64,000 nt of DNA from Antechinus flavipes. Lineage: Eukaryota. Every line of letters starts with the position of its first letter. Position 1 is the first letter of the stretch. The position numbers were made by a program, and so were the translations under genes. Under the pieces are notes generated by a model that saw nothing but the letters and a program-made list of their open reading frames with translations, was not told where the DNA came from and searched no databases. The stretch lies in the NCBI RefSeq assembly GCF_016432865.1, contig NC_067403.1:245272001-245336000 (forward strand), in the 5' to 3' direction. Shown piece by piece: positions 1-11,638 of this stretch.

Positions 1-1
1 T

Positions 2-565
2 GACCGTTATGTGGCAATCACTATGCCTCTCTATTATACTCTCATCATGAATCACAAAGTATGTGTCCAATTGGTTGTGGCTTCCTGGCTAACTGGGGTT
101 CCAATTATGATTGGTCAGACATATCAGATTTTTTCCATGAACTTCTGTGGTCCTAATAAAATCAATCATGTTTTCTGTGATGCCCCCCCTTTATTCCCAT
201 TAGCATGTACAAACACATATAACATAGAGGTTTCTGTCCATGTTGTGGCTCTACTCTTTGTCACAATTCCCTTTGTTTTGATACTTGCTTCCTATATCAA
301 AATCATAACTACAATAATGAAATTGCCCTCCACCTCAGGGAGATCCAAAGCCTTCTCTACTTGTTCTTCTCACTTAATGGTTGTGTGCTTTTTCTATGGG
401 TCTGGAAGTATTGTGTATTTGCAGCCAAAATCGAGTCAATCATCAGCATCTAGCAAAGTACTTGCTCTTTTCTACACTATTGTCACCCCAATGTTTAACC
501 CCCTAATCTACAGTCTGAGAAATAAGGATGTCATTGCTGCACTGGGAAAACTACTTCCTAAATGA
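2..565 (+). CDS. OR10AG1-like: Olfactory receptor, OR10AG1-like (copy A), 5'-truncated by window edge
   Basis: Frame starts in (Y)DRYVAIT. Contains FCD..PL..LAC, KAFSTCSSHL, PMFNPLIYSLRNKDV; TGA at 563-565. Nearly identical to the 28911-29834 copy. Confidence 0.93.
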   Translation, partial: DRYVAITMPLYYTLIMNHKVCVQLVVASWLTGVPIMIGQTYQIFSMNFCGPNKINHVFCDAPPLFPLACTNTYNIEVSVHVVALLFVTIPFVLILASYIKIITTIMKLPSTSGRSKAFSTCSSHLMVVCFFYGSGSIVYLQPKSSQSSASSKVLALFYTIVTPMFNPLIYSLRNKDVIAALGKLLPK

Positions 566-1113
566 ATCTAGTGTATGCTATTAGTCAAATCCAAGAGGAT
601 TAGTATTCTCATCTACTGTACTTCCTATTTTAAAAAAAAATACTTCAGATTATTTTTTCCATTGCACTGGGATGCAATGGAATTGCACTAAAATGAGAAT
701 CTATCAAGAGATTCTATATGAAAATAGAAAACAGCAGCCCAAATTTCCATCTTCCTTAGTTCAATCGTGACTGAAATTAAAACCTTTATTGTTTACTAAA
801 TAATGACAATGATCCATAAATACTTTGAGTGCAATTTTACTATGCTTTCTACTACTACCTTAGTAACATGGGGGAAAAAAAGACTTTTTTTCTTAAAAAT
901 ATCAATTTCATTGTGTATGTGTTTAAGAGACAGACAGCAAGGAGAAAAGAGAGAAAGAGAGACATAGCCAAAGAGAAGACGAGTAAAACAGACAGAAACA
1001 GAGATCAGAGATGCAGACAGAGACAGAAATAGAAAGAAATAGAGAGAAATATTATCCCTACACATAGGCAGGGAAAGAGACAATTGAAGGGGATAGAATA
1101 AAAACAGAGAAAC

Positions 1114-1430
1114 TGTGTAGAAAACCACAGATAGTGGGGAACCCTTAGTGAGTTAAAAGACTCCTTTATTCTAGTAAGGGACACTGCTAACCAGTCTGGT
1201 TTGGTTCCCCATCTCAGCTTTCCTGAGAAGTCAAGAGTATGACAGCCTGTATAATTAAAACAGAGTGATACCAAGTGGCAAAGAGACATCTGAACACTAT
1301 AGCTAGTTGTGGTCCCACATGTGCAGTACTCTATAGTAATGTATGGGTATTAGGATATATGTGGATTTTTTTTTTTGAATAAATGGACTCCTTTTTGACC
1401 ATCTTCATGAATTCTGCCTCATCACTCAAT
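1114..1430 (+). mobile_element. Degraded ERV LTR (same family as the 1639 and 5348 LTRs)
   Basis: Begins TGTGTAGAAAACCACAGATAG, similar to the 1639 LTR start; AATAAA at 1378-1383 followed by the same GGACTCC...CCTCATCACTC motif. End is approximate. Confidence 0.55.
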
Positions 1431-1444
1431 GGAGGAGATATAGA

Positions 1445-2074
1445 AGACAATAATTATTTTTTATACCTTCCTTCTGGGGCTCATGGAAGTTTTTTATATC
1501 ATCTTGTTTCCTCATATTACTTATTATATTACTACTTGCCTGTGTGACTCTTCCTTGCTGAAACTTGTTATCCACCATTTTATGGATTTAACCACTGATA
1601 TATACCTTCTTCAATTAACACAAAAAGAAAGGGAGAGATGTAGAGAACCACAGATAGAGGGAAGCCTGGATGAAGTATAAGGCCCTTTAGTCCAGTAAGA
1701 AACTCCTGGCCGTGTTTGGCTTGGCTTCCCATTCCCTCTGAGGCATCTTGGCCTTCCTGAGAATTCAGAGGGCATGACAATATGTGTTGTACTTGAAGCA
1801 GAGTTATACAAAATGACAAGGAAACTATGAACAAAATAGCAAATGTGATTTAGCATGCACAGTATCCTACAGTTAGCACATGAGCAGTGTGCTATAGTAT
1901 AGTATGTAAGGTAAGTGTCAAACGTGATCATATGGTATATAAGGCTGATGATTTTTTTTTTAAATAAAGGGACTCCTGCTTGGCCATCATCCTGACTTTT
2001 GCCTCATCACTCCTCATCCAAGATTAGGGCTCGGGCTGGTAGCAAAGTCCTTCCATGAGCAGATTTGGACATCA
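1445..2074 (+). mobile_element. ERV 3' remnant: env tail, PPT and 3' LTR (1639-~2074)
   Basis: Polypurine tract AAAAAGAAAGGGAGAGA (1622-1638) abuts TG at 1639; TATATAA near 1936; AATAAA 1963-1968; paralogous to 5145-5760. Confidence 0.75.
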
Positions 2075-2991
2075 CAAGGAGGCATAAAAGATCTGTTATG
2101 ATTGAGGGAAAGATGGGAGGGTAATGAGTATTGTGTGAATTTTAATCTCATCAGATTTGGCTGAAAGAGGGAATATCAGACACATTTAACTTCACAGACA
2201 AACTTTTCTCACCCTACAGGGAATTAAAAGGGGAAGGGAGAAAGAAATAGGAAAGGTTAATAGAAGGGAGAACAGAAATAAAAGAAGAAAGGTAAAATAA
2301 AGGGGGAGAGGCTGAAATAGAGGAGGGTTGTTTGAGGGAAAGGGTCTCAGTTCCAAATACTGGGAAGAAAGGAAAGGAGGAAAGGCAAAAGCATAACTCG
2401 GGATAAACAAGACAGCAGGAAATACAGAGTTCATACTTTTATTTGTGAATGTGAATGGACTGAACTCTTGCATAAAATAGAAGTGGATAACAGACTGGAA
2501 TAAAAGCCAGAATTCTACAATTTGTTGTTTAAAGAAACACATTTAAAGGAGAGTGATACATTTAGAGTAAAGGTAAATGTCTGGAGCAGAATCTACTATG
2601 CTTCAGCTGAAGTTAAAAAAAAAAAAAAAAAAAGCAGGGGGTAGTGATTCTGATCTCAGAGCAAACAAAAGCAAAAATAGATCTAATTAAAAAGAGATAA
2701 GGAAGGTAACTATATCTTGCTAATGGGTACCATTGATAATAATGCAATATCAATACTAAACACATAGATACCAAGTTGTATACCATCCAAACTCATACAG
2801 AAGCTAAGAGAGCTGCAAGAAGAATTAGATAGCAAAACTATAGTACTGGGTGCTGTCAACCTTTCTGTCTCAGAATTAGATAAATTGAACCGCAAAATAA
2901 GGGAGAAAGAAGTTAAGGAGATAAATAGAATTTTAGAAAAATAAGGGATGATAGACCATTTAAGAAAATGTAAAGGAGACAGAAGAACATA

Positions 2992-3022
<31 letters not shown>

Positions 3023-3290
3023 TTTTCTCAGCAATACATGGAAACTATAGAAAAAACTGATAATATATTAGGCCATAAAAAATCAAAAAGTCAAATTCAG
3101 AAAATATAATGTATTTAACTTATATTTTTACCATGTTTAACATATATGATATTATTTGCCATCTAGAAGAAGAAGTGAGGAAAGGGTGGGAAAAATTGAA
3201 AACACGGTTTTGCAAGGATTAATGTTGAAAAATTATCCATAGATATGTTTTGAAATTTTAAAAATATTTAATTTTAAAAAAGAAATAATG
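2075..3290 (+). mobile_element. Degraded LINE-1 fragment (inter-ORF spacer and ORF2 endonuclease start, with a short L1 3'-end piece)
   Basis: Marsupial L1-like motifs such as AAAGAAACACATTTAAAG...GGAGCAGAATCTACTATGCTTCAGCTGAAG...GCAGGGGTAG; many stops. Confidence 0.75.
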
Positions 3291-3899
3291 CATGTCTTTT
3301 TCATGTCACTGGAAGTACCTCCTGAGAAAAATGGCCTACTGATTAGTGTCTAATCATCTAAGTAAATCTTAAGGAGGCAAAGTTGTATAGGGAGGAAAAT
3401 GCTGAGATTTAAGTCTACAATTTCTTGAATAGATTTTTTTTTGAAGATCAGTTCAAATCATAAAACATAGAGACAGGAATATTGACAGAGAAAAGGAAAT
3501 ATTAATTTGTTTGCTAAGCTAATGAATATTAAAGCTTTTTTAAAAATTCATATCCATTCACTATGGCACAAAAGGCTATTTTGATTATTAGCTTGATTAG
3601 GTATTTAATCACTGTGCACTTCCACTGACCCCTAGAAAAATAATTTTTTTCTGAATTTTGTCTTTCTCAATCTAGTATTTGCATTTTATAACGACAACTT
3701 TATATTTATATTGTTATCACTTGTATGCTATGTGTTCTTATGATGACTCTTCCCTTCTCTTAAGAATGTACCTAAACAATTTGATGAATATTAAAAAGAA
3801 GAATCATATCTAAATACAATTGTTATTTGACAATCAGAAAAAAAGGGACTCTCAGCTGATTTAAGAGCCTCTGATCTCTTCAAATCAGTTTCACTTATT

Positions 3900-4010
3900 C
3901 AGTGATGAAGAGAGCCATCTACACCCAGAGAGAGGACTGTGGGAACTAAATGTGGATCACAACATAGCATTTTCACTCTTTTTGTTGTTGTTTGCTTGCA
4001 TTTTATTTTG

Positions 4011-4053
<43 letters not shown>

Positions 4054-4150
4054 ACTGAATTGATTTAATCTTTCTTGGGTGGCACAATAATTGCATAAAT
4101 ATGTATGCATATGTTGGATTTAACCTATAGTTCTACCATGTTTAACATAT
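3900..4150 (+). mobile_element. LINE-1 3'UTR fragment with internal (TC)n
   Basis: GTGATGAAGAGAGCCATCTACACCCAGAGAGAGGACTGTGGGAAC motif, also seen at 27698; truncated by ERV integrase sequence. Confidence 0.7.
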
Positions 4151-4154
4151 TCAT

Positions 4155-5760
4155 TTGAAGTCCAATGAAATTTGACAAATGATTGTAACCCATTACAAAT
4201 CTTTAAGACATCTGTCTTTTATCCATGTTGTAGTAGACATCTTGTCAGGATTCACTTTTGCAATACCAGCAGCAAAAGAGACAGCCTGAGTGGTCACTGA
4301 ATTCCTTATACAAGCATTTGCAATTATGCGTGTGCTACAAGCAATAAAAACAGATAATTGACCTGCATATTCTTCCAAACATTTCTCACACTTTTGTGCA
4401 CAGCATCAGATCTCAGCCACTACTGGCATACCCTTCAAACTTGAGGGACAAGCAATAGTATTGAGGAGGAATAGACATGAAGACGCTCTTCCAAAAACAA
4501 AAGAAAGGGGGAGCCACAGGTAATTCTGGAGATGAGAATGCACTGGCTGCAGCAGACAAGATTCATAACCCACAGGAAGGACAGCGTCCAGTGCAAGCAG
4601 CTCCAATACATTTAAATAATCACCAGGTCATGTGGAGAGATCCTGAGAGCCATTAATGGAAGGGACCAAACAGGCTAATCACTTAGGCAGAGGATTTGTT
4701 TGTGCCTCTACAGATGGAGAAGGAATGAAGGAATCTGATGGGTGCCCATGCACCATATCTGCCTTATCCATCAGAGAGATGGAAAAAGAGAAGACACTGG
4801 AAACGAAGGTGAGGATCCAATGGTTGGTTCCCTTTCTAACTACACCCACTACCAAAAGTGCATGGCAGTTACCAATGTATATGGCAACTGACTTATACAT
4901 ATTACCATGACCAGAAAAGTAATTGTGAATGAGATGGATACAGGTCTTCAAACCCTGCAAGAATCATTGAATTCCCTCGCACATGAAGTGATGGGTAATA
5001 GATGGGCTTTGGACTGTCTCTTGGCTGCTGAAGGAGGTGTATGTGTAGTTGTGAATTCCTCTTGTTGTATGTATATAAATAACTCATAGCAGGTGACCAC
5101 AAATATACACTACCTACATGAGGAGGTTCAGTGGATGAGAGACTCAAGACAATAGTTATTTTCTATACCTTTCTTCTGGGACTCATGAAAGTCTTTTATA
5201 GCACCTTGTTTACCATATTACATGTTATATTACTACTTGCCTATGTGATTCCCCCCATGTTAAAACTTATTAAAACTTAAAATCATTTTAATGGTTTTAA
5301 TCACTGTTGAATACCTGCTTCAATTAACACAAAAAGAAAGAGAAAGATGCGGAGGGCCACAGAGAGTGGGAACCCTGGGCAAAGTGTAAGACCCTTTAGT
5401 CCAGTAATTAGACTGTGGAGGTTTGCCTTCCCATGCATACTAGGGGCATTTTGGTTGTCCTGAAAAGTCAGGGGGTGTGACAACCTGTGTTGTACTTGAA
5501 GCAGAGTCATGCTAATATGGCAAGGAAACATGTGCACACAATAGCAAATTGTTTATGTGGTCCCACTTGAGCAGTATTCTATAGTTATGTATTATGTAAA
5601 CATAGGGTATATAAAGCTGAGGATTTTTTTTTTTTTAATAAAGGGACTCCTGCTTAACTTCTGTCTCATCACTCCTTACCCAAGATCAGGCCTCAGGCTG
5701 GTACTGAAGTCCTCCTAGGGGCTGGCACTAAAGTTCTCCTGTGAGCAGATTCAGACATTA
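4155..5760 (+). mobile_element. Degraded ERV 3' half: beta-type integrase (4155-~4809), gamma-type env TM remnant (~4907-5120), PPT (5331-5347), LTR (5348-~5760)
   Basis: Integrase is colinear with the provirus pol at 49670-50370 but has stops and frameshifts. TM remnant reads NRWALDCLLAAEGGVCVVVNSSCC (immunosuppressive domain plus CX6CC). AATAAA 5637-5642. Confidence 0.85.
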
Positions 5761-6323
5761 AGAGGAAGAAAAAAAAAAAAAAAAAAGATCTGTTATAATT
5801 GAGGGAAAGAGGGGAGGGGGATGAGCATTATGTGAATCTTCTCTTATCAGATTTGACTCTAAGGGGTAATATAGCTTCTCTCACCCTACAGGGAAGTAGG
5901 AAAGTAAGGAAAAACAAAAGGGAGCAGGCTAATAAAGCGAGAACAGAAGTAGAAAGAAAAAGGTTTAAGAAAGGGGAAAGGACTGCCAAAGGGGAGGACT
6001 GTTTGAGGCAGGGGGTGGAAAGTAATAAAATACTAGGTAGGAGAGAAAGAGGAAAAGAAAGAGAAAAGTATAACTGTGGATAAACAAGATGGCAAGAAAT
6101 ATAGTTTTTTTTATCTGTGAATGTGAATGGGATTAACTCCCATAAAACAGAAGCAGATAGCAGACTGGATTTAAAGCCAAAATTAAACAATCTGCTATTT
6201 ACAAGAAACATTTAAAACAGAGTGATATATTTAGAGTAAGGGTAAAAGGCTGGAGCAGAATCTATTATACATCAGTTGTTGTAAAAGTAGCAGGGTAGCA
6301 ATTCTGATACCAGATCAAGCAAT

Positions 6324-6354
<31 letters not shown>

Positions 6355-6370
6355 GATCTAATAAAAAGAT
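5761..6370 (+). mobile_element. Degraded LINE-1 fragment paralogous to 2075-2690
   Basis: Same L1 start point and endonuclease motifs (GGAGCAGAATCTATTATAC, GCAGGGTAGCAATTCTGATACCAGATCAAGC). Confidence 0.72.
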
Positions 6371-7519
6371 CCCTCCTCCCCTTCCCCGCCCCTTACATAT
6401 ACACCATGTTTGGCAGAGGGTCTAAGGAATATTCTATAAAAAGAAATCACTTATTCTCTTTGAAATCTTTTTTACTGAATCTCCATTCCCAAGTAGGATT
6501 ATAAAATTCAGAATTGTCATGAAGATCACAAATCAGATCAAAGGAATTGATGTTGAGATAGCAAAAGAGCTCACATCTGCCTTCTTAAGTCAAAATAAGT
6601 CATATTCTTTAGTTGTTTGCATCTCTAATGATAATGCTGAGGATAATAGAGGCATATGATAATTTATATTCATAAAAGGCTTTAACATTTGGTAAATCAC
6701 ATTATTACATCAGAACCATAATTTAGGTTTCATAGATGCACAGATATAGGAAACATTAGACTGTATTAGAAAGTTAGATGGCAAAATGTGATCATATTTT
6801 ATTCTATCCTCCACTGTGCAATCATAAGACTCAGAAGATTTAAAGACATTGGTTGGGCAGGTCATAAGGCTTAATGATATTCTAAATTTTTTGTTGATTG
6901 CTTGTTTAGCCAAATGTTAGGAATTCTCATGGCTTTTATTTGATGTGGAGGACTAGGGACATAATGTACTAAAACATCCTACTTTTAAGCAAACTAAGAA
7001 AAAAAAAGAAGAGAAAAAACTTACTCAAAAACAAAACAAAAAAAAGGCAAAAATGAGGGGAGCTAGGATTCACATCCTTGTTCTTGGCTTCATAATAGAG
7101 CATTATTAACACTGCCATGCCATCTCTAGTATGCATGAGGAACTAGTATATCATCCCTAGATCTGGAGTATATTGCCTATGGTGGGGTGAACATAGGTAA
7201 TAATAAATTTTGCAGGAAGATGATATAGAGAAGAATTTTAAAAAATCAGGCGTGTTTTCACTTTTGTCAATAAAATGAAGAATTGGGTAATATTTTTTAT
7301 ATGATAATAATCACTGAAGTTAAAACAATCAATACTTTCTAATAACAATTCTCACAATATGCATGCCTACAAGGAATACAAAACAGCATTTTACAGATAG
7401 AATAATTCAGGTTTAAAATGAATAGAAATTGTGTAATATTAAGTAAATTAGAAGTACTAAAAGAATCATGAAACATGGCCTCATTGCTGAAAATAGTAGA
7501 TTTTTCTTTATGTAATTCT

Positions 7520-7600
7520 CCCTTTGATCCAGTATATCTTCCACCTCATTAAAATGTCATAAGTAGCATGGGAGAGGAAGTGTCCCCATAGGGTTAAGAA
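7520..7600 (+). promoter_or_regulatory. Putative OR promoter block for gene B (homeodomain site plus O/E-like site)
   Basis: CTCATTAAAA (TAATGA on minus) at 7545-7554, then GTCCCCATAGGG near 7582; block is conserved upstream of all five ORs with visible upstream DNA. Confidence 0.55.
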
Positions 7601-8004
7601 AGGCAGGAACCATTTCTATTTATAAAGGTCAAAGTGTCGTTTTGTGAAAGGCTCATTTTGAGTAGAGAAGTGGATCACTTTTGCAAAGTGTAGTTTTATT
7701 TTGTGTGATATTGAAATTCTTGTGTGAGAAATAGCCTCTTAAAGTATTGAACCAGCAATAATAAAGACATTGGGTTCAAGTCCTCATTCTGAAAACCACT
7801 GTGAATTTTAGGCCAGGCACTCAGATTGTTTGAATCTCCGTTTCCTAATATATAGTCCTTCTGATGTGAGGTTTAGATAAAATGACATATGTTAGCATCT
7901 TTGTAAGCATTAAATAAATTAAAGGGTTCCATTTATATGCTTATATTATTTTACTATGTTCTTCTGAGAAATAAGCAACTGGATATAATTAATTTCATCA
8001 GAAA

Positions 8005-8013
8005 AAGGTAAGT
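8005..8013 (+). promoter_or_regulatory. Predicted splice donor of non-coding exon 1 of gene B (AAG|GTAAGT); matching acceptor AG at 11621-11622
   Basis: Perfect consensus donor at the homologous position in all intact paralogs (GT at 8008, 24946, 31711, 42227, 59460). Confidence 0.65.
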
Positions 8014-9159
8014 GTGGGCTCGTTCTCTTCCAGTTCTTGAGTTTCTCTTACTTGAAAGAAGTTTATGGTTTTAACACTGACTGCTCCATGAGTTATCTGG
8101 CAGGACTGAATTTTGTAATAGCATTTAAGAATACAGATTAAGGAAAGAGCATGTCCAAGAAATGAAAGTGCTTTAGATACAATATCCCCTCCCAACTTAC
8201 CATCCAAGGTAAAGGAAGGTAACCTTTCATTAGCAGATACAAAAATAATATAATAAATACATTCATATTTATTTATTTATAACTCCTTTTATATTTTCAA
8301 TCATTTTACAATTTATTTTTTAAGCACAGCCACTTCCTCCAAATTTCCCAACCACTTACTTTCATTTTTAACAAAGCATTAAAAACAAATTTAAAGAAAA
8401 GCAAACACTGGAACAACAATACAGGACCAATAATCAAAAATACCAGAACTCTATTTCCCCCAACTCTCATTTCTAAGAACAGGAAAGCAGGATTTGTCAT
8501 CTGTCCTTCAAGATCAAAATTGGTTAATGTCATTAATCTTACCTGAGCCTTCTATTACTGTTGTCAATTCATAGTATGATTAAACAGAGTTTGATTCTCT
8601 TTTATTCTCAGTCATTTAAAAAGATTTCTCAATTCTCTTTTGTCTGATACTGTCCTCTTATTTTAGTGTTATTTTTAAATAACATTCCAAATCAACAAAT
8701 GTTTAATTATTCATTGATGAATATCAATTTTCCATACTAGGTTTTGAAGTTTGTTTTTTTTCCCCAAAAAACAGTACTATGAAAATTTGGTATATATAGG
8801 ATCTTTTTTTCTGTCTTTGATACCCTTCCAGTATATGTCACACTAATTAGACTGCAGATCTACAGGGAAGGAATAGATTAGTAGACTTTTGTTTCGAAAT
8901 TTCAAGTGGATTTTGAAAATCAATCACCAGCTCTACCACAAGGGTATCTTTGTTATTGTCTTCTTGGTGAAACTCCAACTCTGACAAAATATGTTTTTTT
9001 TTCCTAATTGTTCTTTTCTTAAATTAAACTAATTTGTTAGGTATGATTCCACAAGAGAGAGTTGTATTAGTTTTCATTTTTCTGTCAAGTAAATATTATT
9101 AATGAAAACTGCATTGATATCATTTTGTCCATTAACTTTGGGACAGGTCTAATGCTTAG

Positions 9160-9425
9160 AGGCAGTTATGTGGCATAATGGATGACACTGGGTCTACATT
9201 GAGGAAGATCCAACCTCAAACTTGACATCAGAAAAGACTATTTGTGGGATTCTGAGTACATCAGAGAATGTCTGTTTTCTTCTGTTTCATCATCTAGAAA
9301 ATGGGCAAAACAATAACACCTATATTTCAGACTTCTTTTGAGGTACAAGTGAATGATATCAATAAATCACTTAGAATAGTGCCTGAAAAATAGCAAGAAG
9401 CTACTATAATTATTACTGTTATTTA
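9160..9425 (+). mobile_element. MIR/CORE-type SINE (paralogous copies ~26110-26375 and ~32860-33110)
   Basis: GGCAGTTATGTGGCATAATGG head, CATCTAGAAAATGGG core-like segment, ATTATT-type tail; copied with the duplications. Confidence 0.6.
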
Positions 9426-11638
9426 TAAAAGTTTCTATTGTTACCATAACATATGTAAACAACAAAGTTAAGTAACATACCCAAAGACACCTAGCTATTT
9501 AGTATCTGAGGCCCATTTGAACTCAAGCTTAAGTCTTAAGAACTTCAGATCCAAAACTCTTATCTATTGTACCACCTACCTGCTTCTGCTTCATTTTACT
9601 CAAATATAAAATGGAATGCCATTTGAAATGCTCTCATTCACTCTGAGATATATTTGTTGTGGAAGTCAGATTGTCAGGAGAAGAATATTACATTGAAACC
9701 TATTTGTAGCAGCCCTTTTTTGAATCACAATTTTGAACCAAAATTAAGCTCATTCATGAAAAAAAAATTTAAAAAATAGAAAAAAAAGAGAGAAGAGCTA
9801 CAAAGACAGAGAGAGAAAGGGGGGGAGGTTGTTACAGGATTGTTAAAAAATTAAAAGGATGAAGAATAAATTTAATATATATATAATGAATGTAAAATGA
9901 GTCAACTATGTGATTATACAGTATTTTATGGGTGTTAAATCACAATACGTAAATGTTAGTAACTATTACTAGTACTTGTACATTCTGATCAAAGTAAAGT
10001 AGCCAAAATTAGGTAAACAATAGGCAAAATAAATACAAACAACTTAAAAGTTAAAAACATTTTGCTAAAGGATGTTACTGAAATATTGTAGTATAAGGAA
10101 ATGTCAGTCTAAAGAGATTTGGGTTTTTAATCTTAATAGAAAATTGGGGAAGCTACTTAGTATAATGTATAAATTACTGGACCTGGAATGAGACTTATCT
10201 TTACAGAGTCCAAATCCATCCTCATGATTGACCATGGGCAATCATTTAACTCACTTTGCTTCAGTTTCTCATCTGTAAATGCAGTTGCAAAAAAGAAAAG
10301 ACAAAGGACTCTACTATCTCTGCAAGAAAGTCCAAAAGGAGAATTGAACATGAGTGAAAATAACTTTAACCACAACAAATGTGTTAAGATTAAATAAAGA
10401 AAAAATCCATTGTATTTATCAAAGTGTGATAAGCCATGACTTCAGTGGACTAATAATGAAGAATGTAACTCCTTCTTCTTTGAATACATTTGATATTTCA
10501 TAAGTGAAACATATATTAAATGCTTATGTGCATTCAGTTCAAAATCAATAACATTACAAAATGAATATTTATTAACTTTAAGGTGCTAAGAACTTAGTAC
10601 TAAGAGTGAGCAATGGTTATCACTAATAAATATCTTGAGGAAATTCAGAAGCTCTCTCTTCTCCTGAATTCCCCTTTTTAAAAAGATCATTTTTAAAAAA
10701 AAATTTCAAAAGGACATTATTGATAATTAGATTATGTTGACTCTAATTGATCTTGATCAGATCCTGCACAATTCTGCTAGGAATTTAATGTGAAGTAGGA
10801 AAACCTATTGTATTATACTCAAGTTTCATAGAGACATATCCTTTCATCTAAACAGTCCAAGATTGGGAATCATCTGCTATCTAGAAGTTTTCTGGATGCA
10901 GGTGTGACATTACTATGATGGGCCATCAGACTCTATTGCAATAGTCTTGTTGTCTTTGGTCTAAAAAAGCTGGGTAAATAAACACATTGTTTCATAATAG
11001 TCTGCTGGGCTTATTTTTAAAAATTATAAAATTACCTAGAAAGTAGATCTGTCATTTTTTGAAAACATTTCTCAACCATAAGGAATACACTTAGAATAGA
11101 TTAAGATTAAGTTGTAATCATTTGTTAATTAACAAACAACTGATATAAATGTTATGATAGAGTAATTCAAGAAATGGTAGAATTAATTTTTGCCTAATGA
11201 TTACTAGAGAAGACTACACAATGGAAGGTAAAGAACTAAGATAGACCTTAAAATAGGCAAATCACAAAACAGAAATGTTCAATATGTTGGAGAATTTTGT
11301 TCTTTCTTAAATGGATGATTTCAAGGATAATTTTATCTTAGCATGATTGACATATAACTGATTAGAGTCCTTGATGTAGGATAGAGGCTTAATCCATTCT
11401 TAGTAGATTTGGATTTTTTTTCCCAGTTATATAGAATATTAGAATTGAGATAGAAATTGAAGGAACATAACATTGGATGTTGGAGCTGGTGATGTAAACC
11501 TAAAATTAAAATTAGGAGAGAAATGGCAGATCCCCAAATCCAATTGTTCCTGTTTGGAGGAAGGAAACTGAGGATCAGAGAAGGAAAGTGATTGCATTAT
11601 TTTGAATTCATCGTTTTCACAGGCAGAAGAAAGACACA

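Noticed and set aside
796-1289. Hydrophobic or charged ORFs downstream of ORs (also 12774-13082, 30141-30593, 36559-36812, 2192-2542, 5799-6211)
   Set aside because: They arise from GA-rich simple repeats or the purine-rich L1 spacer, which are stop-poor by composition.
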